Under the pieces are notes generated by a model. The model did not search any database, was not told the DNA's origin, and worked only from the letters and a program-made list of their open reading frames with translations. Below, piece after piece: positions 48,840 through 60,235 of a DNA stretch of 64,000 nt. How positions within the stretch are numbered: the first letter of the stretch is position 1; every line of letters begins with the position of its first letter. The DNA lies in assembly GCA_037444405.1 (NCBI GenBank), contig JBBIML010000007.1, positions 96,001 through 160,000 of the forward strand, read 5' to 3'. The stretch comes from Armatimonadota bacterium (GTDB lineage: Bacteria; Armatimonadota; Fimbriimonadia; Fimbriimonadales; GBS-DC). The translations under genes and the position numbers were made by a program.

Positions 48840-48905
48840 ACCAGCGGGTTTCTCCGCCCGCGGGCGCGAGTCCTGCCCATGTGTTTCGTTGACTCGCCTT
48901 CTGGA

Positions 48906-49377
48906 CTAACAGCCGTTCCCGAAGTTAAAGAGCACCGTCAGCAGGTCGGCGTCGTCCACACAGCCGTCGCCGTTGGTATCACCGGAGCGCCAGGTATCCA
49001 GCAGGAAGGCTTCGATTCGCCCCGTGGCTCCATTTTTGCCAGCTCCGACGCTGACGATTACATTGCCGTTGGCAGATACGCCACGGGCTTCGCTTTTCGG
49101 CACCACCCAGCGTGCCCAGATCGCGCATGCCTTCATCGATGGTCCATCGGAAGGCGCGGGCCAGAGCGCGTTCCAGGTAATCAACAAGGTTGACGAACTC
49201 AAATCCCAGTGGTCGGCTGAGTTCCACAACCAGATCGACATCGCTATCGGAGCGGGGTGTGCCGTGTGCGAAGGAACCATAGATAGCGATGCGTGCGACG
49301 CCGAACTGCTCCGAAAGGTACGGTAGTTCACTCCGCAATCGTTCTATCAGCTCCTCGCGCGTTGTGACCTTCGCCAT
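48906..49377 (-). pseudogene. Chimera: MNT nucleotidyltransferase 5' part fused to a frameshifted HAF-repeat/dockerin-like 3' remnant
   Basis: 'IAIYGSFAHG...DSDVDLVVE' switches to 'RAFRWTIDEGMRDLGTLGG'; another frame continues 'SEARGVSANG...GDTNGDGCVDDADLLTVLFNFGNGC'. Confidence 0.85.
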
Positions 49378-49405
49378 AGTTGACCCTCGCTGATCATATC
49401 GAACC

Positions 49406-51532
<2,127 letters not shown>

Positions 51533-51539
51533 TTATAAA

Positions 51540-52457
51540 TCAGTGGGCGCGGCGGGTCATGGAGCGGGGAACTGGCACGGCGGGCGACTCGCTGTCCCTG
51601 AAGAAGTCGCGGAAGGCGGTCTGGATGAGATTGGTCAGCATCCGTTTGCGCAACTTGCGTCCCCTGTCGAACTCCTTATCACTGAGCGAGCGCCTCATTA
51701 AAACGCGCCCCGTCGCGCCATCGTACAGCACCAGGTCGCAATCGGTGCGCGTCTCATAGAGCCAGTAGGGATAGGTCTCCACATCGCGCGTGCGCCCATC
51801 GGGGTCGCGTCGCACAATCAGCTCATAACGCCGCTCCCGATTCGTGTGGCTTTTCACCGCCACCACCACGAGCATGTCGAAACCCATCGCCTTCGCCAGC
51901 TCGGCGACTTTGGGCACGGTGTCCCGATGAGCCGCGAGCAGGAGCCAGTCAGGGCTGATTCGTCGCTCGGACAAAATGGCGACGGCTTCCGATTCGGGGA
52001 TCAGCTCATAGCCGCGGTGGGTCAGCTCCTGCTCGATCTGCTGCCGCGCCGTCTCGCTCAGATAGGCGAGCGGCGAGAGGTTGACCGGCGTCAGCACCAG
52101 CACCCGCTTCGAGGTCGCACGGAAGGTAATCACTACCGCCTTACCCGAATCGGCAGGGCTGAACACAATCCGATTGGAGCGCAGGCAGAACTCCCCGCGC
52201 TGGGGGTGTTCATCCACCTGCCGAAACCCATGCTGGCTCACCTCATCGATTACCTGTACGGTGGCGGTGTCCACCACACAGCCTGGCGGAAAGTAGTAGA
52301 GCGGGTTGGCGACACGCGGTATCTGGAAGCGGAGACGCCACTCGCGCGGCTGTCTCGCAGCGGCTAATGGTGCGCGATTCTCCTGCGCCATCGCTAACGC
52401 CCACAGCGTGCCCGTCAGCCCGGCAAAAATCAGCCAGCCGATGATTCGGCACCCCAT
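51540..52457 (-). CDS. Hypothetical exported protein
   Basis: Signal peptide-like N-terminus; fills the intergenic space; GGTAGAAT box upstream. Confidence 0.7.
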   Translation of the reverse strand: MGCRIIGWLIFAGLTGTLWALAMAQENRAPLAAARQPREWRLRFQIPRVANPLYYFPPGCVVDTATVQVIDEVSQHGFRQVDEHPQRGEFCLRSNRIVFSPADSGKAVVITFRATSKRVLVLTPVNLSPLAYLSETARQQIEQELTHRGYELIPESEAVAILSERRISPDWLLLAAHRDTVPKVAELAKAMGFDMLVVVAVKSHTNRERRYELIVRRDPDGRTRDVETYPYWLYETRTDCDLVLYDGATGRVLMRRSLSDKEFDRGRKLRKRMLTNLIQTAFRDFFRDSESPAVPVPRSMTRRAH

Positions 52458-52609
52458 CGCCGTTCACCCGCTGGTTATTCTACCTGACTGTTCTACCTGA
52501 CTGTCGCCTGCGCCTGTTGCATTTCAGAACTCTATCGGTCGGCACCTCAAGCCACCAGCAGGAATCGCATAACCCAAAGGCGTATTCTCTATTATACAGG
52601 AGGACAACG

Positions 52610-52723
52610 ATGTCTCTGCGCAGATTATCGAGCATCGCTGTGGCTGGTAACCTATCTCGATATAGGGCGCGATGCCCCCAGTCAGTGAACCAATCCAGCA
52701 CGCGCGGTGGGGGGGCACCATGA
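52610..52723 (+). CDS. 37-aa leader-like ORF coupled to the LuxR gene
   Basis: RBS AGGAGG before ATG 52610; its TGA overlaps the ATG at 52720. Confidence 0.45.
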   Translation: MSLRRLSSIAVAGNLSRYRARCPQSVNQSSTRGGGAP

Positions 52724-53214
52724 AAACTGTCAAGGTGTTTGTCTGGGCACGCCATCCCTCCATCGAGACCCGCCTGCGTGAGCGCTTGCGCACGCTATCG
52801 GCGCTGAGCCTGATTGAGAAAGCTGGTCCTTTGAACAACCTGGCGCCTGACAACGATTCTGACAGCCCACAACCCCTCCAGGTCATTCTGCTAACACGCG
52901 ATCCACTTGTAGAAGCCTATTTGCGTCATCAATTGCGCACTCTGCCTGACCTGACCTGCACCTGCGTAAGCTGTCAGGAGGAGCATCCTGATGCAGTGAT
53001 TATAGATAGCCAGTTGCTGACACCGAGTGAGCAGCGCGTTCTGCAAGCCTGTGCGAAGTATGACCGCCTTTCGGAGGTTGCCGCAGAGTTGTGCCTGACC
53101 GAAGCGACGGTCAAAAAGCACCTGTGCCACATTTACACCAAGTTAGGGCGGCACAGTCTGCATCGGGCGCTGCTGTGTGCGATTCGGTGGGGATTGATAG
53201 AGGTGCCTGATTAG
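52720..53214 (+). CDS. LuxR-family HTH regulator
   Basis: 'LTPSEQRVL...EVAAELCLTEATVKKHLCHIYTKLG...AIRWGLI'. Confidence 0.82.
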   Translation: MKTVKVFVWARHPSIETRLRERLRTLSALSLIEKAGPLNNLAPDNDSDSPQPLQVILLTRDPLVEAYLRHQLRTLPDLTCTCVSCQEEHPDAVIIDSQLLTPSEQRVLQACAKYDRLSEVAAELCLTEATVKKHLCHIYTKLGRHSLHRALLCAIRWGLIEVPD

Positions 53215-53390
53215 CAATTTCTCCAGAAGTAGAAGGAAAAAGTTTCGCCCATAGGGGGTTGAAATGGGGTTCAGGGATGGAGTGAGCTACAGAGACAGAA
53301 GAGGTACGAGCAATGGCGACCTTGAGCCGAACGGAGCTGCGACCCAAAGATGTCTGCACACCATGCCCATAAAATGAGGTAAAGATAATC

Positions 53391-54518
53391 ATGCGCATAA
53401 TAATGATTTTATTTGTATGGTTGATACTGCTGGGAGCATGGGCAGATTCCTTGCCAGCGGAACTTGCTCATGCTCTCCAGCAGCGTGAACATTTTTACCA
53501 TAATCATTATATCACCTTTATAGTGGAAACTCAACACGATATTTTTCAACCACACCGCTATCAGAGCCGATCGCAATACATTCTGGAAATATTTCGTGCC
53601 GCAAGGGCTGTCAAAGTGACTCAGCGTCCCCTGCAAGGAATGGACCATCGTACGAAACAGGGCAATACTATCCAGTTTAATCTGGATAAGAATACTGGCA
53701 ATATCACGACGACATCAAGCTGTTATCTTGGCGAAGATGTCAATGCCCTGATGGAACCAGACATGGAATTTACTCAAAGTAACCAATCGTTGGCGCGCGC
53801 GCAGATGGGTGCTGTGATAGGAATGAGCAAGCTGCAGAACCTTTATAGTAACCCGCAGGTGTCAGGTTTCATCTGTCAAGAGGTGTGTAACCAACGAGGT
53901 GTTTTCACTATAGGTTTAGATGTTTCTAAGCTTTATGGTGTTCAGTGGGAGCGGATAGAAGAGCGTGCCCACCGATGGATAATGGTTGGTAGAATCAAAG
54001 CTCGTCATTATGATCCACAAGCAGCAGAGGGAGACCCCGATGTTACCCTTCGTGTGGAGCTGCGCAAGCCCGATGCGCTGATTTTAGAATTGGAGGTTCT
54101 GAGACCTCTGAGGGCGGCTAATAAGTGGCAGCGCAGCCAGTTTCGCACAGTGCAGATTAAAAAGATCGATGGACTAAGTATTCCTGCTGAGATTGAGTAT
54201 CGCGCTGATAGTTCAAGTGGAGGTTATATGATTCGCTCACATTACAGGCTCGTCAGTATTAAGCTACTTAGTGATGCGGTGGCTTTGGATCTACCATTGG
54301 GGACAAGAGTGGAAGATCGGCGGTTAGGAAGTTCAGTCAACTATCTTTGGCAGGGGCGTTTGCCGACGGAAGAAGAGTTGAAACGCCTGGCATTTCAGCA
54401 GGGCTATCTGCTGGCGCCCGAGTCGCCGCGCCGACGCTATTCGCCATGGCTGTTTGCTCCCGCAATGATCTTTTTCGCCGCTGCAGGGTATCTTTACTGG
54501 CGACAGAGACGAAAATGA
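53391..54518 (+). CDS. Hypothetical exported protein with C-terminal membrane anchor
   Basis: Signal peptide (AWA); C-terminal 'PWLFAPAMIFFAAAGYLYWRQRRK'; visibly AT-richer coding sequence. Confidence 0.8.
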   Translation: MRIIMILFVWLILLGAWADSLPAELAHALQQREHFYHNHYITFIVETQHDIFQPHRYQSRSQYILEIFRAARAVKVTQRPLQGMDHRTKQGNTIQFNLDKNTGNITTTSSCYLGEDVNALMEPDMEFTQSNQSLARAQMGAVIGMSKLQNLYSNPQVSGFICQEVCNQRGVFTIGLDVSKLYGVQWERIEERAHRWIMVGRIKARHYDPQAAEGDPDVTLRVELRKPDALILELEVLRPLRAANKWQRSQFRTVQIKKIDGLSIPAEIEYRADSSSGGYMIRSHYRLVSIKLLSDAVALDLPLGTRVEDRRLGSSVNYLWQGRLPTEEELKRLAFQQGYLLAPESPRRRYSPWLFAPAMIFFAAAGYLYWRQRRK

Positions 54519-55318
54519 AACGCGCAGGGTTCTCGCTGGTGGAACTGCTGGTGGTGCTGGGCATCATCTCGCTGCTGGCTGCCTTGCTGTATCCCGTTTT
54601 TGCCGCCGTCCGGGAAAGAGGGCGCGCTACTCGCTGCATTACTCAGCTGCGCCAGCTGGCGCAAAGCACCCAGATGTATCTTGCCGATTCGGACGATACC
54701 TATCCGCTGGCAGCCTACTTTAGCACACATAACGGACAGCCCTGCTTCTTCACGCTCTATCATGCGCTGGTGCCCTATGTGAAAGATAAGGAAATCGTGA
54801 AGTGTCCTTCAGATCCAAATCCCCTGGATGTGGAGGGAGTGATGAGCCGTCTGGCGTCGCTGTGTCCGGCGATGGGCTTTCGGCACAGCAGCTATATGGC
54901 GAACTGGTGCTTGATCGAAACAGGTGCGCTGCTGGGTGATTTTCATCCGCCCGTTTCCAGCGCACAGGTGGAGTTTCCTGCGGAAACGGTGCTGTATTAC
55001 GATGGCAGTATCACGGGCTTGCCGAACCTGCGTCCCTTTATACAGGGGCGACATAATGAGCAGGTTGTAGTGACGCTCGCCGATGGGCATAGCAAGGCGT
55101 GGAAGGCACGACAGGGATACGGACGGCACCGACAGGCAGATGGGGTCGAGGTGGCACAATACTGCTTGATTGAGCGATCAGCGTACTATCGAGGTGGAAT
55201 CTATTGTGAGGACATGTTAATCGGGCTTGTGCGGCGGGATAGGCGTGGCGAGGCGTGCTGGCACTGTCCGAATCGTTCACCAGGAGGTGTTGGGTATCTC
55301 TCGGGCAACTGCGAGTAG
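54515..55318 (+). CDS. Prepilin-type N-terminal cleavage/methylation protein with H-X9-DG motif
   Basis: 'MKRAG/FSLVELLVVLGIISLLAALLYPVF', 'KCPSD', 'HNEQVVVTLADGH'; ATGA overlap. Confidence 0.9.
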   Translation: MKRAGFSLVELLVVLGIISLLAALLYPVFAAVRERGRATRCITQLRQLAQSTQMYLADSDDTYPLAAYFSTHNGQPCFFTLYHALVPYVKDKEIVKCPSDPNPLDVEGVMSRLASLCPAMGFRHSSYMANWCLIETGALLGDFHPPVSSAQVEFPAETVLYYDGSITGLPNLRPFIQGRHNEQVVVTLADGHSKAWKARQGYGRHRQADGVEVAQYCLIERSAYYRGGIYCEDMLIGLVRRDRRGEACWHCPNRSPGGVGYLSGNCE

Positions 55319-56831
55319 GGGTCTAAGGGGATCTACAGAGCTTCTCTGGATAGCGAGCGCCGTTGCGACAGCGCTGGCGTTCGCGCCCGTGAATGCGTGG
55401 TGGCTGCTGGGGATAGCGCCAGCCATCTGGCTAAAGGTTCTCCAGAGGGTGCATGGTTCCCATCGGGTATGGACGGCATTTGGCTGGGGGCTGATTTTCG
55501 CGGCGGTTCAAAGCGGGTGGGCGCTGCCGACTTTTGCACAGCAGGCACAGGCAGAGTGGGCGGCGGGCATAGCGTGGGTGATGGTGTTGATATGGTACGC
55601 CAGCTGGTGTGCGCTGTTCGGCTGGCTGGTGGGATGCCTGCCTCAGGCAGGGATTGGTTGGGCAATCGGCGCGGCGTCCGCGTGGGTGGGTATCGGCTGG
55701 CTACGGAGTTTGGGTATCTGGGGCTTTCCGTGGGCGATGCTGGCTCTGCCGCTGACACGCTACCCGTTGCTGCTGCAACCTGCGGAGCTGGGCGGCATCT
55801 GGCTGGTGGAATGGCTTTTGATGCTCTGGAACGCGCTGATAGCGCAGGCAATCGGACGAGCGAGTATTCGCGCCTGGATTGCTCCCGTCGGGCTGCTTGT
55901 GCTGTGGGTGGGGGTCAGCAACTGGCTCTTGTGGCTGGTGCGCGCCACCATGCAGGGCGCATCCATCCGTGTGGCAGCCATTCAGCCCGAATATGATGCA
56001 CCGCGTGTGCTGTTTTCTGCCCAGCTACACGATTCGAGCATTGATCGGCTGCTTGATCAGGCGCGTCGAGCAGGAGCGCGCTGGGCAATATTGCCCGAGT
56101 CAACTGAAACTTACTTCTGGTCACGCTTGCTGGATCAAGACCGCATACGGCGATGGCAGGAGTGGTCCCGTGCGTATACACTCTATGTGATTGTTGGGGT
56201 CAGTCGCCAGCAAGGGGAGCAAGGTTTCAATAGTGCGCTGGGAGTAGCGCCTGCTGGTTCGTGCGTTTTCTACGACAAAGTAAAGCTGATGCCGTTTACC
56301 GAATATTCGCCTGCTGCGCCAATCGCGGAGTGGCTGAAAGTGCTGGGCGTTGTGCGACGCTCGTTGCAATGCGGCGAGCGGGTGCGCGCCATCAGACTGG
56401 GAGCGGAGCCTCCTGTGGGCACGCTCTTCTGCTATGAGAATCTGTTCGGCTGGATTGCGGCGCAGTTAGTGCGCGATGGGGCGCAGTGGCTGGTGGCGAT
56501 GACCAACGACCGCTGGTTATTGGGAGCGGGCTTGCGGGAACAGTATGCCGACTACTGTATCGTGCGAGCCATAGAAACACGGCGGTGGGTGGTGCGCGCC
56601 TCAACGGTGGGGATCAGCGGCTTTTTCAACCCCCTGGGCAAACGCTGGGAAGCACCGCGTGGGCATCCGTATGTGCTGACGCATTCTATCCGCTGCTCTA
56701 CGGCGCAAACCCTCTATGTAAGGTGGGGCGACTACTGGGGCTATGGCAGCTGCCTGATATATGGTGTGATAGTACTGTGGGGTCTGGCATCGTTGCGACA
56801 GACATCGCGTGTGGCGGTGCAGAGAAGTTGA
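55290..56831 (+). CDS. lnt: Apolipoprotein N-acyltransferase (start approximate)
   Basis: 'GFPW', 'VAAIQP', triad 'LPES', 'YDKVKLMPFTE', 'FCYE', 'TNDRW', 'RAIETRR', 'TLYVRWGD'. Confidence 0.88.
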   Translation: MGISRATASRGLRGSTELLWIASAVATALAFAPVNAWWLLGIAPAIWLKVLQRVHGSHRVWTAFGWGLIFAAVQSGWALPTFAQQAQAEWAAGIAWVMVLIWYASWCALFGWLVGCLPQAGIGWAIGAASAWVGIGWLRSLGIWGFPWAMLALPLTRYPLLLQPAELGGIWLVEWLLMLWNALIAQAIGRASIRAWIAPVGLLVLWVGVSNWLLWLVRATMQGASIRVAAIQPEYDAPRVLFSAQLHDSSIDRLLDQARRAGARWAILPESTETYFWSRLLDQDRIRRWQEWSRAYTLYVIVGVSRQQGEQGFNSALGVAPAGSCVFYDKVKLMPFTEYSPAAPIAEWLKVLGVVRRSLQCGERVRAIRLGAEPPVGTLFCYENLFGWIAAQLVRDGAQWLVAMTNDRWLLGAGLREQYADYCIVRAIETRRWVVRASTVGISGFFNPLGKRWEAPRGHPYVLTHSIRCSTAQTLYVRWGDYWGYGSCLIYGVIVLWGLASLRQTSRVAVQRS

Positions 56832-56887
56832 TGGTTTTGGTGCGAGCGTGTCCTGTGCTAACACTCTGTGTGGACGACACGAGCGCT

Positions 56888-58129
56888 CTAAAAGTAGTCT
56901 ATTGGGCGCAGGCAGGGCGCGCGGGTGGGGAAGAGGGCGTCCAGCGTGGTCAGCAGGTCGGAAGGGGCTTCAAGCAGCTCGCGGGCGGCGAGTTCGCTCG
57001 CGCTGAAGGTGCCCATCGTGAGCAGCGCGAGCGCACGCGGCTCAACACGCACCAGCGGCAACCGCTCCCGCGCACCGCGCTCCACGCGCCAGCCGCTCCC
57101 TGCACACGCCCGCAGCGTGTAGACACCGCTGTTCGCTTCAATCTGCGGGTCGTTCAGCGCAAGGCAGAAGGCGTCGCCGCTATCCGAGGGGCGCGCCGCG
57201 AGCAGGCTCTGCAGCAGGTTTTCGACATGCACCACGCGCCACATGAAGCCTGGCATCACCTCCCAGCGCAGGAACGGCTCGTCGGGATTGCGGTGCGCCG
57301 ATGTCCAGCCGGTGAGCGGGAGGCGCTGCAGTTCGTCGGGCGTGCCGCTGAACTCCACCTGACGCACATGCTCCTCGTTGGCGGCGAGCCAGCCAATCAG
57401 GGCGCGACATGCCCGCTCCGTACCCCACACCAGCTCGCGGATGCGCAGTACCCAGCCTGAGTCTACGAAGTCATAAATCAGGTAGCCCTCCACCCGCGAT
57501 TCGGGCGCGTACACCAGCTTGTGGCGGAAGTTCCACAGCAGGTAGTCCCAGCGCAGATCGTCCCGATGCAGGCGCCCGGTGGTGGGTATCACCTGCTGAT
57601 TGTAAAGCTGGCGCATCGCGGGGTAATCGCTTTCGGTCGCGCAGCGGACACCATCGGGCGCGAAGGGGGGCAGCAGGCGTGGCGGGATGCGCACGCGCGT
57701 CAGCATCCCGACCACCTCCCAGCCCAGCGGACGATAGAACTCGAAATCGAACGCCTGCAGCGCGGCGCCCGCAACCCCCTGCTGGTTCAGCGCGTTCAGC
57801 ACAGCGGTCAGCAATCGCCGTGCATAGCCCCGCCGCCGATAGTGCGGATGCGTCACCACACCTGCAATCCCCATGCAGGGAACCCGATTCTCACCAATCC
57901 ACATCTGCAGCGGGATAGCGGTCAGTATCGACACCAGCACGCGCGTGGAACCCTCACCCACCCACAAGCCCCACCGCTGATTGTGAGGATAGTACGGGTC
58001 GTTGTAAAAATAGGGGCGCGCGGTCGCCAAATCGAAGCCGAAGCCCTGACAGATCAGGCGCAGGAACGCCTCCTCCTCCGACGGCTCGACCAGATCGATC
58101 TGTACGGGTGGTCGCCACAGTTTGAGCAA
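56888..58129 (-). CDS. Eis-family GNAT acetyltransferase
   Basis: 'IAGVVTHPHYRRRGYA', 'FYRPLGWE', 'WRVVHVE', SCP2-like tail ending 'DYF'. Confidence 0.85.
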   Translation of the reverse strand: MLKLWRPPVQIDLVEPSEEEAFLRLICQGFGFDLATARPYFYNDPYYPHNQRWGLWVGEGSTRVLVSILTAIPLQMWIGENRVPCMGIAGVVTHPHYRRRGYARRLLTAVLNALNQQGVAGAALQAFDFEFYRPLGWEVVGMLTRVRIPPRLLPPFAPDGVRCATESDYPAMRQLYNQQVIPTTGRLHRDDLRWDYLLWNFRHKLVYAPESRVEGYLIYDFVDSGWVLRIRELVWGTERACRALIGWLAANEEHVRQVEFSGTPDELQRLPLTGWTSAHRNPDEPFLRWEVMPGFMWRVVHVENLLQSLLAARPSDSGDAFCLALNDPQIEANSGVYTLRACAGSGWRVERGARERLPLVRVEPRALALLTMGTFSASELAARELLEAPSDLLTTLDALFPTRAPCLRPIDYF

Positions 58130-58135
58130 TGGGCA

Positions 58136-58954
58136 TCAGCCTCCCTGCACAACGGCGTGCAACGCGAGCAGGGTTCGCAGCAGCGGCTCCACCTGATCCA
58201 GCGGATATTGCGTGGCAGGGTCGGAGAGCGCGCTTTCGGGGTTGGGGTGGACCTCCATAAAGAGCGCGTCGATGCCGACCGCGACGGCTGCCCGCGCCAG
58301 CGGCGCAATCGCCTCCCGATCCCCGCCTGACTGCTGACCTGCGCCGCCCGGACGCTGAACGCTGTGGGTGGCATCGAACACCACCGGCACATCGAACCAT
58401 CGCAACACGGGCAGACCCGCCATGTCCACAATCAGCGTGTTGTAGCCGAAGCTGGTGCCGCGCTCCGTGAGCAGGATGCCCGCCGCGCCGAACGCCCGCA
58501 ACTTCGCCACGATATTGCCCGCGTCCCACGGCGCCAGAAACTGACCCTTTTTGACATTCACGGGCTTGCCCGTTTGCGCCGCCGCGTGCAGTAAATCGGT
58601 CTGCCGGCACAGAAACGCGGGGATTTGCAGCAGATCCACTGCCTGCGCGACGGGTTCCGCCTGCCAGCTTTCGTGAATATCGGTCGTGACGGGGACGCCG
58701 AACTCCTGCCGAATGCGCGATAACACTTCCAGCCCGCGCTCCAGCCCGCAGCCGCGAAACGACTGGTGCGAGGTGCGGTTCGCCTTATCGAACGAGGCTT
58801 TGAAGATGTAGGGCATGCCGAGCCGTGCGCAGGTTTCAGCGAGCGTGCCCGCCACTTGCTGGCACAGCTCCAGGCTCTCAATCACGCAGGGACCTGCGAT
58901 GAGCGCGAGCCTGCCATCCCCGATTCGCACCGAGCCGACCTGAACCGTCGCCAT
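58136..58954 (-). CDS. kdsA: KDO8P synthase
   Basis: 'IAGPCVIES', '[12 protein letters not shown]', '[12 protein letters not shown]', 'KKGQF', 'DATHSVQ'. Confidence 0.97.
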   Translation of the reverse strand: MATVQVGSVRIGDGRLALIAGPCVIESLELCQQVAGTLAETCARLGMPYIFKASFDKANRTSHQSFRGCGLERGLEVLSRIRQEFGVPVTTDIHESWQAEPVAQAVDLLQIPAFLCRQTDLLHAAAQTGKPVNVKKGQFLAPWDAGNIVAKLRAFGAAGILLTERGTSFGYNTLIVDMAGLPVLRWFDVPVVFDATHSVQRPGGAGQQSGGDREAIAPLARAAVAVGIDALFMEVHPNPESALSDPATQYPLDQVEPLLRTLLALHAVVQGG

Positions 58955-58973
58955 AGTTCGAGTGTACCCCCCC

Positions 58974-59216
58974 CTACTTCGGGCGCAAGCCCCTCTCTTT
59001 CAGCAGGGCATCGAGCCATTCCATATCGTCGGGGGGCAGCTCAACAGGCGGATTGGCAGTGTAATCCAGTAGGAGCGGATAGCGTCCTTCCTGATAGACC
59101 CGATTCAGAATCGCCTGCAGGTCCACCACCACTTCGGGGTCGCCCCCGGCTAAAGGAATGGTGATTCGGGGTAACCGCTCGCGCAGGTTGATACACTGGT
59201 TCTCCATCGCTTTCAC
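58974..59216 (-). pseudogene. DUF4058-like C-terminal fragment
   Basis: 'LRERLPRITIPL..GDPEVVVDLQAILNRVY..GRY...DY..PP..L' resembles only the C-terminal part of DUF4058 proteins. Confidence 0.65.
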
Positions 59217-60214
59217 TGCTCCCGATTATAGGTGACGGGCACAGGTTCGCCCCGTCGAACCGATTCGTAGCCCGCAATGGCAACCGCGGCGGCGCGATAG
59301 CCATCGTCGCCCGTTGCCAGCGTCGGCGCGGACTCGCCCGCAACCGCCCGCAAAAATTCGTCGATCATCAGCGCGTCGATGTTGTCGCCCCAGAACACCT
59401 GCCGGATGCGCCCTGCGCGGTCGTCATAGTGGCGCAGGTACTGGGCGAACATGTCCATCTCGATCACGCCGCGCGTGCCGTACACAGCGAGCGTTACATC
59501 GCCCCAGGTGGGGAAGGTGCGCGGGCGCGACCAGCTCGAATCGAGCGTGGCGAAGATGCCCCGCTCAAAGGTGAGCGTCAGCATCGCCGTGTCATCGAAG
59601 TTGCCGTGATACATCAAGTTGTTCGTCTCGGCGTACACTTCAGTGATTTCCTGCCCTATGAGCAGGCGCATGAGGTCGGCGACATGCACGGTGTGATCCA
59701 TCATTGCGCCGCCGCCCGCCAGCTCAGGGTCGTTGAACCAGCCGCCGGGGTTCACGCCCCGATTAGTGCCGCGCAGAGCCAGCAGGTCGCCAATCTCGCC
59801 CGCCTGCACCATCGCCCGCAACTGCTGGAACGCAGGGCTGAATCGGCAGGGGAAAGCGGTGAAGAGCTGCACGCCTGTCGCGCGCGCCGCCGCCAGCATC
59901 GCCTGACCATCCTCCAGGCGCGTCATTAATGGCTTCTCGCATAAGATATGCTTGCCCGCCGCGGCTGCCATCTGTGCGAGCGGCGCATGCTTCACATTCT
60001 CCGAGCAGATAATCACTGCCTGCACATCGGACGCCAGCAGCGATTCGTAGCTATCGAACGCCTGCACGCCATACTGCCCGGCTTTCTGCCGGGCGCGCTG
60101 CGGGTCGTGATCGGCAATCCCGACAAACTCCGCGCGCGGATTGCTCACCAGGCAGTGCGCATAACTATCGGCGTGCAGATGTGCAAAACTCATTATGCCC
60201 ACTTTCACCTTCAT
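59213..60214 (-). CDS. Gfo/Idh/MocA oxidoreductase
   Basis: 'GKHILCEKP', 'AFPCRFSP', 'GGGAMMDHTVH'. Confidence 0.9.
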   Translation of the reverse strand: MKVKVGIMSFAHLHADSYAHCLVSNPRAEFVGIADHDPQRARQKAGQYGVQAFDSYESLLASDVQAVIICSENVKHAPLAQMAAAAGKHILCEKPLMTRLEDGQAMLAAARATGVQLFTAFPCRFSPAFQQLRAMVQAGEIGDLLALRGTNRGVNPGGWFNDPELAGGGAMMDHTVHVADLMRLLIGQEITEVYAETNNLMYHGNFDDTAMLTLTFERGIFATLDSSWSRPRTFPTWGDVTLAVYGTRGVIEMDMFAQYLRHYDDRAGRIRQVFWGDNIDALMIDEFLRAVAGESAPTLATGDDGYRAAAVAIAGYESVRRGEPVPVTYNREQ

Positions 60215-60235
60215 CGTGTGTCCCTCCCTGAACGC

